The notes below the pieces were generated by a model. The model ran no database searches. It saw only the letters and a list, made by a program, of their open reading frames with translations, and was not told the origin of the DNA. 64,000 bases of DNA from assembly GCA_016926475.1 (NCBI GenBank), contig JAFGON010000073.1:9942-73941 (forward strand), in the 5' to 3' direction. The stretch is from a candidate division WOR-3 bacterium. Its GTDB lineage: Bacteria; SDB-A. Below, piece after piece: positions 50,139 through 58,939 of this stretch (position 1 is the stretch's first letter; every line of letters starts with the position of its first letter). A program made the translations under genes and the position numbers.

Positions 50139-50573
50139 TCATTCCTCTTGGAGGAGATAGACAGGAACGAATATTTCAATACTGTCGATATCTGATTTCG
50201 GAAAATTCCAATCAGCCACGGCCAACCTTATCATTGACTGTAGAGAAGAGTCTGTTATCGTGCAATCTTCAAGGTTTACGGATTGAACTTTTCCATCTTT
50301 CATCACGTAAAAATGCAGGGTGAAACTTCCGTTTAGATCAGAGTTGGAGTAAAGCCTGCTCTTGTACAGTTTAGCAATTGTGTCTTTTTGCAAATCAAAA
50401 TAGTATTCAAGTGATTCTGGAGCTCTGTTGCCTACAAGACCGCTCTCCCATCTTATTTCGGGAGTTTTGGGGCCACAAGAAAAAAACAAGGGAATCAATA
50501 AAAGTTGTATATAGACGTATTTCAAACCACACCTCCTTGCGCTTATTATATTATAACTGCTCTTAAACATCAA
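50139..50573 (-). CDS. Putative lipoprotein with TonB-C-like domain
   Basis: Lipobox LFFSCG. The C-terminal ~80 aa resemble a TonB_C fold pattern (GSFTLHFYVMKDGKV..V...). Tentative. Confidence 0.5.
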   Translation of the reverse strand: MMFKSSYNIISARRCGLKYVYIQLLLIPLFFSCGPKTPEIRWESGLVGNRAPESLEYYFDLQKDTIAKLYKSRLYSNSDLNGSFTLHFYVMKDGKVQSVNLEDCTITDSSLQSMIRLAVADWNFPKSDIDSIEIFVPVYLLQEE

Positions 50574-50747
50574 GGAAAACCGGACTGGTCAAAACGGTTA
50601 ATGTCAAAAATTGTATTATAAACGGGTTTGGTCCACTTATCAAGAAAAAACCATGGTACGTTTTTTACAAATCACCCCCCCGATTTTAAGAGTTTTCACT
50701 TGAAAAATGTATGGTTAAGTTATAGAATAAAGAAAAAAAGGGGTTAT

Positions 50748-52043
50748 ATGCATTTAATAACGCTAATTCCAATATTTGTTTTATCGTGGGCTCCCGCGGG
50801 AAATTTTACTGGAGGTCAACTTTCACCCGCTGGTTTTCAGGTAGCTCTCCTCCAGAATGGTGAAATCGGGATTCTCGAAATTTCGACAGGTGCTTGGAAA
50901 ACTCTGCCTGTTCCTGGTCCGGTTACACAGCCCTTGGCATGGTCCCGCGATTCAAAATTTATAGCTGTGGCAATCGAAACTGAGGGTGCATACGCTTTTG
51001 CGGTTTTGAATGTTGAGGATGGCAGTTCATTTACTTCGCAAAAATCTGGCATGATAAGATCAATCAGTTGGGACGCCACCGGAGAATATATAGCCGTAAG
51101 CTCACAAAACAATTCTGCTTCTGTTCCATGCACCACTTATGTATATCAATTCATACCAGTTGAAAACAAATTTGCACCCATACTTATATTTCCGGCCAGA
51201 GACCCGTATTTTCTGTCAGACGGCAACATTGCCTGCCTTGCCGGCAACCATCTTCCGCCAGTTAGAGCCGGCAACAGGAAACCGTATTCATTTACCAAGG
51301 GGTATGTCTTCATCTTGACGTTAGAAGGCAATTTAACCGCTAAAATAGAGTTGTTTGACGACCCTTGCATTTGGCAACTAAACATAGAAGGAGAGTGTGT
51401 TTACTCTGCCGGCAACAAAATTTATTACGCTCAAATATCATCTTCGGGCAAGACATCCGAGATCCTCTTGTCTCTCCAAAACGCTCTGATAAGCAGCAAT
51501 TTGATGTCTTCGTTGATGATAAACCTCGGAAACGGTTATGTTTATTCACTCTGGGAAATAGGTTCTACGAAGATGCTCAGCGCGTATAACCCTTTCGACC
51601 CTTCGTATGAAAAAATAATCCTCACCGGTCTAAATTCAATTTCAACGGTATTTGAAAATCCCAACGTATGCGTTCTATCGGGAGACGCAAAAAAGGGCAT
51701 ATACGACTACCAGGGTAATTTCATACTTTCGTTCTCGGGTGAACCGACATTTTCAGCCGAAAATATAGGGGACGATCTTTCAGAAAGTTACTCTTTGTCA
51801 ATTCAATGCTCAGATTTACCCGACCTTTTCGCGACAATTGAGACTTTGGATAAAAGTACTATAAGCTTTTTGCCGACTGTTTCTACACCCGCGTACCAGA
51901 TCAGAGTAACCAGGTTTATCTCAGCAGGGCAGAGCATGTACAAGATTCATCTTGGTTCGTTCAACGATTCCGCCGAAGCTGAATCTCACGTACAAGAAAT
52001 TCAGCAGTTGACGGGTAAAACAGTTGCAGTTGAAAACGAATAA
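50748..52043 (+). CDS. Secreted beta-propeller-like protein with C-terminal SPOR-like domain
   Basis: Signal peptide after ATG 50748 (AGGGG RBS). Contains TolB/WD-like repeats (LAWSRDSKFIAV, ISWDATGEYIAV). The C-terminus YKIHLGSFNDSAEAESHVQEI resembles SPOR. Confidence 0.55.
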   Translation: MHLITLIPIFVLSWAPAGNFTGGQLSPAGFQVALLQNGEIGILEISTGAWKTLPVPGPVTQPLAWSRDSKFIAVAIETEGAYAFAVLNVEDGSSFTSQKSGMIRSISWDATGEYIAVSSQNNSASVPCTTYVYQFIPVENKFAPILIFPARDPYFLSDGNIACLAGNHLPPVRAGNRKPYSFTKGYVFILTLEGNLTAKIELFDDPCIWQLNIEGECVYSAGNKIYYAQISSSGKTSEILLSLQNALISSNLMSSLMINLGNGYVYSLWEIGSTKMLSAYNPFDPSYEKIILTGLNSISTVFENPNVCVLSGDAKKGIYDYQGNFILSFSGEPTFSAENIGDDLSESYSLSIQCSDLPDLFATIETLDKSTISFLPTVSTPAYQIRVTRFISAGQSMYKIHLGSFNDSAEAESHVQEIQQLTGKTVAVENE

Positions 52044-52088
52044 TACCGCATCAGAAATACAACGGGCAAAAAAAAGACGAGGTTTTAA

Positions 52089-52394
52089 TTGCCAAAAAAA
52101 GTTTTTTTTTCTCTTTTAGTTCCCGGTTTGGGTCAGATACTTTGCAAGCGTTACGCCTATGGAATTTTTCTTTTTCTCGCTTTGACCATTACACCTTTTG
52201 TCGCTTCTCTCACGGCTGGTTCTCCCGATAACTTATACCTATTCAGTTTTCTTAACCCATTTCTTCTGCTCTCTGACAGCCTGATAAAAAATGACTGGAC
52301 ATGGGGCTTTGCAGTTCTTATAATTACAATTTTTTCAGTTCTGTTTTTTTCAATATTTGAAACCATCAAGTGGTGTAAAAAAAACACCCGTTAG
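52089..52394 (+). CDS. Small membrane protein (3 predicted TM segments)
   Basis: 101 aa, TTG start, LVPGLGQ motif. Its last 10 nt overlap the tRNA gene, so the exact extent is uncertain. Confidence 0.45.
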   Translation: MPKKVFFSLLVPGLGQILCKRYAYGIFLFLALTITPFVASLTAGSPDNLYLFSFLNPFLLLSDSLIKNDWTWGFAVLIITIFSVLFFSIFETIKWCKKNTR

Positions 52395-52458
52395 TGTAAC
52401 TGGTTAACACATCGGCCTTTCAAGCCGAAGAGTACGGGTTCAAGTCCCGTACGGGTGA
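52385..52458 (+). tRNA. tRNA-Glu (anticodon UUC)
   Basis: Hand-folded cloverleaf. It has a 7-bp acceptor stem (CACCCGT/ACGGGTG), U8, a 4-bp D stem with GG in the loop, a 5-bp anticodon stem with loop CTTTCAA, a 5-nt variable loop, and a T arm ACGGG-TTCAAGT-CCCGT. No CCA is encoded. Confidence 0.85.
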
Positions 52459-52464
52459 AAAAAA

Positions 52465-52490
52465 GGGCGGATGAATTTTTGCATCCGCCC
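52465..52490 (+). terminator. Hairpin terminator after the tRNA
   Basis: 9-bp perfect stem GGGCGGATG/CATCCGCCC with an 8-nt loop. The following T tract is weak (TATT). Confidence 0.55.
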
Positions 52491-52501
52491 TATTCGTAAC
52501 T

Positions 52502-54073
52502 ATGAGAATATTTATATTTTTATTTCTGACAGCAAGCCAATATGTTCCTCAAGAAGGAAAGATCAAAGCCGTATGGCTTCCAGGAGATTTTTTACACGAA
52601 GTTCATGAATCTTCGGATTTTTTCAATACCTCCGAAAACCTAAACACAGTGATATTGCAAGTGGTGAAAAACGGAAAAGCTTATTATCCATCAACTGTTA
52701 TACCCACTCATGAGAATATGGATTACGACCATCTCGACCTCGCTATCGCAGAATTTAAAGCCAGAGGATTCAAGGTCTACCTCTGGATGAACACGCTTTT
52801 AGCTTATTCCGGTTACACTTTACCGGACGATCCAGGTCATGTCCTTGATTTACACCCTGAATGGTCTGTCCTCGACCTTGCAAACTTCAGGACCAACAAC
52901 GCTTTAATCCCTCTGGACTCACTTCTTGAAGAGGGTTATGAAGGCATATATCTAGATCCGTCAAATCCTCAGGTGGTATCTTTTGCCGTCTCCATCGCAA
53001 GAGAGCTCGTATCCAACTACAACGCAGACGGAATAATATTCGATTTCGTAAGATATCCTTCCGAGGATTTCCCCGCTAATTTTTTTGTAACATCCGCTGA
53101 AATGGATATCCAAGATTTGTTTGAATCTTCACCTCAAGAACCGAGTGTTCTATTAAACCAATGGCAAGCATACAGGTATGTATCTGGTAATTCATCAAGA
53201 ATCGAGAATATCGACTCGATAATTTTCTCCCTTGTCAAAACCGTAAAGAATCTTAAACCGGACATGGTCACCGCCGCGACTTCATTTCCCGATGTCAACC
53301 AAACTTCTTTATCTTTAGGTCAAAATTGGCTTCACTGGAATACCGATTTCATATTTCTTTTCGTAGACTCTTTTTCAAACGACACGGTTTTTCTTTTCGA
53401 AGGAAAAAACGTCGTACTCGTCTCAAAATCGTTTATTTCAGGTGCTGAAGAAAGAACTTCCGGAACAGTCCGCCTTCTTCCCGGTACACAATATTCTGAA
53501 GTGTCAGATCTCTCAAACATTTTGCAGGTAGATTTCATCACCTCTTCAACTTGTCATGAAAGCCCAGAATTCAACCTTCCGTTTCCAATTGAAATCGATG
53601 AAAATTGCCTCTCGGCATTTCGCAGGATAGACGAAAAATACTACTCAATTTTAGATTCACTCAACTCTGCCGAAATTAGTTTCAAAGAGAACCTTTTATT
53701 CACCGCTATTTTCAGAGAAGACGCCGACATTTTCCAGATAAAAGAAGCGTTTCGTTTTCTTCAAAACGGAGCGAATCCTGAAGAAGTCTGTTACATGTTC
53801 AACTCAGGTCAATCACCCTTCTTAAACTGTCCCGACAATAAAGTGGTCTGCCTCAGCGATACAAATCCTCCTTTTTTCTTCCCTGGAGATGAAAAAAGCC
53901 ACATCACACCCGACGGAAGAATCGGATTTTTCGCGCACTCGGTAGAACTATCCGATGAAACAAAATTTTTTTGGGAACTTGATAAAGAAGAGAAAAGAAA
54001 AGTTATTTTCTGGTCTCTGTTGCGTGAAATCGAAAACAACCGGGAATTTGACAATTCAACTCAACGGGAATAA
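52502..54073 (+). CDS. Glycoside-hydrolase-like family 10 (GHL10/DUF187, YngK-like) protein
   Basis: Signal peptide. TIM-barrel motifs typical of GHL10 (KVYLWMN, GIYLDPSNPQV, DGIIFDFVRYP). Confidence 0.6.
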   Translation: MRIFIFLFLTASQYVPQEGKIKAVWLPGDFLHEVHESSDFFNTSENLNTVILQVVKNGKAYYPSTVIPTHENMDYDHLDLAIAEFKARGFKVYLWMNTLLAYSGYTLPDDPGHVLDLHPEWSVLDLANFRTNNALIPLDSLLEEGYEGIYLDPSNPQVVSFAVSIARELVSNYNADGIIFDFVRYPSEDFPANFFVTSAEMDIQDLFESSPQEPSVLLNQWQAYRYVSGNSSRIENIDSIIFSLVKTVKNLKPDMVTAATSFPDVNQTSLSLGQNWLHWNTDFIFLFVDSFSNDTVFLFEGKNVVLVSKSFISGAEERTSGTVRLLPGTQYSEVSDLSNILQVDFITSSTCHESPEFNLPFPIEIDENCLSAFRRIDEKYYSILDSLNSAEISFKENLLFTAIFREDADIFQIKEAFRFLQNGANPEEVCYMFNSGQSPFLNCPDNKVVCLSDTNPPFFFPGDEKSHITPDGRIGFFAHSVELSDETKFFWELDKEEKRKVIFWSLLREIENNREFDNSTQRE

Positions 54074-54081
54074 AATCAATC

Positions 54082-55137
54082 ATGCCCGTAAATAAAAGCG
54101 CAGTAGGTTCACAGACGATTTTTAATTTTATTTTATCAATCATCGCCGGATCGCTTGTATCTGCGTTAGTCATGTTCGTGGTTTCCAAAATTTCCTTGTT
54201 CTCTCTTTTTAAACTATCCGGAATCAACCCCTCCGACCTGAAAAAGTTTTTTATATTTCTGGCTTTGAGTTATTTTTTAATTTTTCTTCTTTCTCTTATC
54301 TGGTCTTTGATACTATCAAAATTCGCCGTAAAAATCACATACGGAAAATCAAAGAAAGACCGATTCCTGAAATTTTTCTTTCTGTCTTTTTTAACGGTTT
54401 TCTCGGTTACTTCCGGGCTTTCTTCAGGTTTTGTTTTTACCGATAACTTTATTGAACTTTCAGGTCTCAACCCTGAAAAAAAACAAATACCAGACCTTTA
54501 CGGGTTGAATTTCGAATCCGCGTCAAGCCTTCTTTACGAAAACGGTCTTGACTCGATACCTCCCTCAAACATACACTTTACCTCTTTTAACGATCAAATT
54601 CCTGACAGTGTAATTATACGCCAGGACCCCCCGGCAGGAACTTATATATCCAATCCATCTCAAATTGAAATATGGATAAACATCCATTACGAAGAAACAG
54701 ATGCTCCCCAAGATTCTTTCATAGTCGCTCCTCACCTTGTAGGCTTGCCCCTTGAAAGAGCTTTACAGATAATATCGTCAAAAAATCTTTCTTTCGAGGT
54801 TGAATCGGTTTTTTGCGATACTGTTCAAGAGGGTTGGATAATAGGCACTTTACCTGAAGGCGGATCACAGATTGTCCCCGGAGAAATGGTTAATATTTAC
54901 GTATCTCTTGGAATGGAAATCATAATCGTCCCCTCTGTCGTACAAATGACCTTCAACGAAGCCGAATTGAAATTGAGAGAGTCAGATCTAACCATATACT
55001 TGGAGGGAGAAACCGCGGATCCGTCTCCCCCGAAAACAGTTCTGTCTCAAAATCCGGCGGCTGGAGATACTTCAATAAAAGGCGATACCGTCAGAGTCTT
55101 CGTTTCATCGGGCATACCCGACACCATGCAGTTTTAA
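54082..55137 (+). CDS. Membrane protein with three C-terminal PASTA domains and no kinase or PBP domain
   Basis: About 130 aa with 3-4 TM helices, then three ~65-aa units matching the PASTA pattern (PDLYGLNFESA...QDPPAG; VGLPLERA...LPEGG; VVQMTFNEAE...QNPAAG). Confidence 0.75.
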   Translation: MPVNKSAVGSQTIFNFILSIIAGSLVSALVMFVVSKISLFSLFKLSGINPSDLKKFFIFLALSYFLIFLLSLIWSLILSKFAVKITYGKSKKDRFLKFFFLSFLTVFSVTSGLSSGFVFTDNFIELSGLNPEKKQIPDLYGLNFESASSLLYENGLDSIPPSNIHFTSFNDQIPDSVIIRQDPPAGTYISNPSQIEIWINIHYEETDAPQDSFIVAPHLVGLPLERALQIISSKNLSFEVESVFCDTVQEGWIIGTLPEGGSQIVPGEMVNIYVSLGMEIIIVPSVVQMTFNEAELKLRESDLTIYLEGETADPSPPKTVLSQNPAAGDTSIKGDTVRVFVSSGIPDTMQF

Positions 55138-55301
55138 TCGAGCGTTGCTGTCTTTTTTTGAGACATCTGAGAATAGGCCTCTCCGAATAACACTTTCTGA
55201 CAAGTAAGTTTATCTTAAACTTCTCACTCATTCACCTCATAGGCCACTTGACAAAATTAAATTTCCAAACAATTTTATTTTCGGAAAACAAAGGAGGCAA
55301 A

Positions 55302-55718
55302 ATGATATACAATTTTATTCCAGTCGATCCGTACGAAGACATAAAACGGCTGAGAACAGGTATCAAAGCCGCCCTTGAGGAATATTACGCGGGTTACCCT
55401 CCATGCGTGATATACGAAGAAAACGATAAAGCTTCCATCAGATTCTTTGCTCCCGGAATGAGTTCGATGGAAATAACTGCCACCCCTGAATCTCTGACAG
55501 TTACCCTTGAAAGAAAAAAAGATGAAGTTTCACAAAAACTGAAGGAAGAAAGAGTTTTCGGCGTATTCAAGAGAACCGTCAATTTCCCTTTCAAGGTGGA
55601 TACTGAAAAATACGACGCAGTTTACGGAAATGGAATTTTGACCGTGACCTTTGAGAGGGCAGAAGCCGATAAACCCAAAAAAATAAAAATAGGAGGATAT
55701 GATGATAATAGACGATAA
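55302..55718 (+). CDS. Hsp20/alpha-crystallin family protein (divergent)
   Basis: 138 aa with the C-terminal GILTVTF motif. AAGGAGG RBS. First of three tandem paralogs. Confidence 0.7.
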   Translation: MIYNFIPVDPYEDIKRLRTGIKAALEEYYAGYPPCVIYEENDKASIRFFAPGMSSMEITATPESLTVTLERKKDEVSQKLKEERVFGVFKRTVNFPFKVDTEKYDAVYGNGILTVTFERAEADKPKKIKIGGYDDNRR

Positions 55719-56073
55719 GCAGAAAAGCAAACCCACCAATACTAGAATCTGTAAACCAGCAACTGACATTGTTTCATGCGAAGATGGAATTAAGATATTC
55801 ATTGATTTACCGGGTGCAGACGAAAACAGCACTGATATATCGGTCGAAAACAACATTCTAACAGTAAAAGCGGCTTACATTGATTCTTTTCCGCAGTCAT
55901 TCAAAACGCTCCACAGGGAATTCGAAGAATGCGATTATCAAAGGGAGTTCACTCTTCCCAAAAATGTTTCAAGCGACAAAATCAGCGCTTCACTCAACGA
56001 TGGCGTTTTGGAAATGTTCCTTCCTTTTTCAGAAGAAGTTAAGCCTAAAAAAATCGAAATAAAGAAAAAATAA
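55699..56073 (+). CDS. Hsp20/alpha-crystallin family protein
   Basis: IFIDLPGADENSTDISVENNILTVKA ... DGVLEMFLP. GGAGGA RBS. 20-nt overlap with the previous gene. Confidence 0.8.
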   Translation: MMIIDDKQKSKPTNTRICKPATDIVSCEDGIKIFIDLPGADENSTDISVENNILTVKAAYIDSFPQSFKTLHREFEECDYQREFTLPKNVSSDKISASLNDGVLEMFLPFSEEVKPKKIEIKKK

Positions 56074-56085
56074 AAGGAGGTCACC

Positions 56086-56574
56086 ATGGCTCTTAAAAAT
56101 TTGATTCCATGGCAGAGAGAAATTCAAAAGAACGAAAACGAAACCTCTCTGATTTCCTTTCAGAGAGAGATGAACAGGCTTTTCGACGATTTCTTTTCGG
56201 GATTCGAAAGCTTTCCTTCAATGAGGTCACAAGATTTTTTCCCGACCATCAACCTTAAAGAAGACAATGCTAATTTCACTGTCACCGCGGAACTGCCTGG
56301 AATGGACGAGAAAGACATTGAAATAACTATCAGCGAAAACACCCTGCAAATCAGTGGGGAGAAAAAAGACGAAACACAGTCCGAAAAAGCAAACTATCAT
56401 TACATCGAGAGGAAATCCGGCTATTTCAAAAGAGTGATCGGTCTTCCGGCTGATGTTCAGTCGGACAGAGCTGAAGCATTTTTCAAAAACGGAGTCTTAG
56501 AGATAAAACTGCCTAAATCGGAAAAACCTGAAAACATCAAAAAAATCGCGATTAAAAAAGGTGACACTAAATAA
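56086..56574 (+). CDS. Hsp20/alpha-crystallin family small heat-shock protein (IbpA-like)
   Basis: FTVTAELPGMDEKDIEITISENTLQISGEKK ... NGVLEIKLPK. AAGGAGG RBS. Confidence 0.9.
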   Translation: MALKNLIPWQREIQKNENETSLISFQREMNRLFDDFFSGFESFPSMRSQDFFPTINLKEDNANFTVTAELPGMDEKDIEITISENTLQISGEKKDETQSEKANYHYIERKSGYFKRVIGLPADVQSDRAEAFFKNGVLEIKLPKSEKPENIKKIAIKKGDTK

Positions 56575-56598
56575 CCCGGTTCGAGAAAGCCATATCCC

Positions 56599-56626
56599 AC
56601 CCTGCGAGATCGTCTCGCAGGGTTTA
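56599..56626 (+). terminator. Hairpin terminator after the Hsp20 cluster
   Basis: 11-bp stem ACCCTGCGAGA/TCTCGCAGGGT with a 3-nt loop, followed by TTT. Confidence 0.55.
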
Positions 56627-56658
56627 CATTTGTTAAAAATATCTGGTATCATCCAAAG

Positions 56659-57780
56659 GTGATTTTAACTCTATTATTTTTTATCATAACCGGTTCAACC
56701 GTTCTTTTCGACATGTCTCATGGCCAGACCAATTATTCCTCTTACGACTTCATTGTCGATGAAAATGCTCCTATTCCGACTCCTTATCCTCCGGCAGGCC
56801 CCAATTCTTGGAATGGTCAGCTCTCTACATGGGCTTATGAACTCTACCTACAGGGACACCAGATAAGAATAAACGCTGATTATGTAACTTCTTCGACTTT
56901 TACAGGCGTGGACCTGTTCATAATTCCCGAACCCCAAGACACGTTCTTCGTCCATGAAATGGACGCGATTGAAAATTTCGTATTAACCGGAGGAAGCGTT
57001 CTCATAATTGCAGACCACAACAGTTCCGACAGAAACGGCAACGGCTGGGATTCACCGAGCATATTCGACGGCTACACTCAACCTCATATAACCACTCCGC
57101 CGGGAAACGACCCCGAGAGATTCATCAAACCGAGATTCGGCATGCATCTTCATGTCAAAGACGAAGACAACAACAGCATCACAGGCTCATGGACCAATGT
57201 GTCGAATTCTCCTGATGATCCCATAATACACGGACCCCATGGAAGAGTGGACACATTTACATACCACGTGGGAAACGTATTTTCTGTTTTCCCCGGAGTG
57301 AATCCATCTCTCGACTCACTCACTGGAAGAATATGGAAAAATGGTTCTCCCCAGGACACGACTTTGGTAATCGTCGTGACTTGCAGAGCTGGAGATGGAA
57401 AAGTAGGAGGCGTCGGCGATTCTTCTCCCTGCTGCGACGAAAGCGGACCTACGTCTCATCCAAACAACTGGACAGAGCATGACAACAGAATACTTTTTCT
57501 CAACCTTTCTTGCTGGCTTCTTGAAAGCAACACTTTCGTCGAAGAACATCCTGCGCGAGACCATGCTTTGTATGTCCAAAACGGCGTCATTTTCAAGACA
57601 TGGCTTTCAACTGAATTTTTGAATTTGCACGATATCACAGGTAGAATCGTCGCTGTCGTTCACCCTTCAAACACAGATCAAAACTTAACGATCTACCAGC
57701 TTCCCGCGAGCTTAAAACCTTCCGTATATTTCGCTTCTTCACCGGATATGGGAACTTACAAAATCAGTTTTTTACGGTAG
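56659..57780 (+). CDS. Secreted protein of unknown function with T9SS-type C-terminal sorting domain
   Basis: Signal peptide. A central region resembles DUF4350/amidotransferase-like folds (VDLFIIPEPQ...GGSVLIIADH). The C-terminal ~70 aa follow the T9SS tail pattern (LHDITGRIVAV...YKISFLR). Confidence 0.55.
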   Translation: MILTLLFFIITGSTVLFDMSHGQTNYSSYDFIVDENAPIPTPYPPAGPNSWNGQLSTWAYELYLQGHQIRINADYVTSSTFTGVDLFIIPEPQDTFFVHEMDAIENFVLTGGSVLIIADHNSSDRNGNGWDSPSIFDGYTQPHITTPPGNDPERFIKPRFGMHLHVKDEDNNSITGSWTNVSNSPDDPIIHGPHGRVDTFTYHVGNVFSVFPGVNPSLDSLTGRIWKNGSPQDTTLVIVVTCRAGDGKVGGVGDSSPCCDESGPTSHPNNWTEHDNRILFLNLSCWLLESNTFVEEHPARDHALYVQNGVIFKTWLSTEFLNLHDITGRIVAVVHPSNTDQNLTIYQLPASLKPSVYFASSPDMGTYKISFLR

Positions 57781-57886
57781 GTCATTACCCGAAAATTTTT
57801 TCGTTGAAAAAATACAAAATCAGTGCTAAATATAGATAAGAAAATGATATAATATATATTTATACAAAGGCAGAAAGGAGGCCATC

Positions 57887-58915
57887 GTGAAAAAGTGGCA
57901 TTTTTTCCTTTTATTAGGGTTGATTCCGTTATGCTCATTTGCCGACAATTTTGGAATTCACACTCAACCCAGGTATCATATAGTGTCTCCGGGAGATTGT
58001 CTTTGGAACATATCCCATCATTACTTGGGCAATCCTTATAGATGGCCTGAAATTTGGGAAGTCAACAAGCCACAGATCAGAGATCCCCATTGGATATATC
58101 CAGGTCAGAAATTTTTGATTCCAGCCATTGAAGATATTTTCACTTCTTCGGAGCTTTTTGAAACACCTCCGCCTATCGAAGTTGTTCTGATAGATGTACC
58201 CCAACCTGTGGTCGCTTACGAGATGTCTTTTAGATGCGGATATATTTCAAAACAGCCACATCAATTCACCATGCACATCGTCGATTACTACGACAGAGAA
58301 GTACCGCAGTTGAGCAAAGGATTTCAAGTTTACATCGACGGCGGACAAAACGACGGAATATACGAAGGACAGTTCCTTTTGGTAGAACGGGAAATGAATT
58401 CTGTCAGCGACCCCGCTACGGGAAGAGACTTCGGAAAACTTATATACCCGATAGGAATATTAAGGGTTTTGGAATCTGACGACGATATCAGCCGTTGCCT
58501 AATACAAGACATCTATGAAATTGAATTGGAAATTGGAGACGGCGTTTCGGTTTTCGAAGCTCCTGTCCTTCCGACAGAGAGCCAAATGCAGCTCACCGAC
58601 GTCGATCTGACAGGTCAAATCGCCGAGGTCTTTAACTATGTCGGAATAGTCAAAGATGTTTCTTTCGTCTATCTAAACATCGGATCCGACAGAGGCGTCA
58701 ACATCGGCGACGTGTTTGAAATCCTCATTCCTTCGGAAGAAATCTCAAATCCCACTACCGGCGCGAAAGTTATCATTCCAGAGAGACCTTCAGGATATCT
58801 GCAAATTTTAAACGTTCAAAATGAAACATCTTCCGGTTACATTTTCGGGATTAACAGTCTTGCTGAAATTCAAAAAGGCGATAAAGTAAAACTCGTCGTC
58901 AGAGCCGGTATTTAA
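57887..58915 (+). CDS. LysM domain-containing secreted protein
   Basis: Signal peptide, then LysM (YHIVSPGDCLWNISHHYLGNPYRWPEIWEVN...IYPGQKFLIP). GTG start after AGGAGG. Confidence 0.75.
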   Translation: MKKWHFFLLLGLIPLCSFADNFGIHTQPRYHIVSPGDCLWNISHHYLGNPYRWPEIWEVNKPQIRDPHWIYPGQKFLIPAIEDIFTSSELFETPPPIEVVLIDVPQPVVAYEMSFRCGYISKQPHQFTMHIVDYYDREVPQLSKGFQVYIDGGQNDGIYEGQFLLVEREMNSVSDPATGRDFGKLIYPIGILRVLESDDDISRCLIQDIYEIELEIGDGVSVFEAPVLPTESQMQLTDVDLTGQIAEVFNYVGIVKDVSFVYLNIGSDRGVNIGDVFEILIPSEEISNPTTGAKVIIPERPSGYLQILNVQNETSSGYIFGINSLAEIQKGDKVKLVVRAGI

Positions 58916-58939
58916 ATAATTATTAAATCAGGGGAATTG

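Noticed and set aside
50133-50141. The lipoprotein ORF and recF are in the same frame, separated by TGA plus one codon: possible read-through fusion
   Set aside because: A lipoprotein-RecF fusion makes no biological sense. RecF begins at its conserved N-terminus (MLIKRLHLKNFRNF) with a TTG start, so the shared frame is coincidental.
50574-50747. Replication origin / DnaA boxes near recF-gyrB
   Set aside because: No TTATCCACA-like boxes are visible in the divergent spacer, and dnaA and dnaN are absent from the window.
55138-55301. CIRCE operator or sigma-32 promoter upstream of the Hsp20 cluster
   Set aside because: There is no TTAGCACTC-N9-GAGTGCTAA-like inverted repeat and no CCCCAT-type -10. 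The only element is a TTGACA (55247-55252) with poor -10 candidates at 17-22 nt, so I did not list it as a feature.
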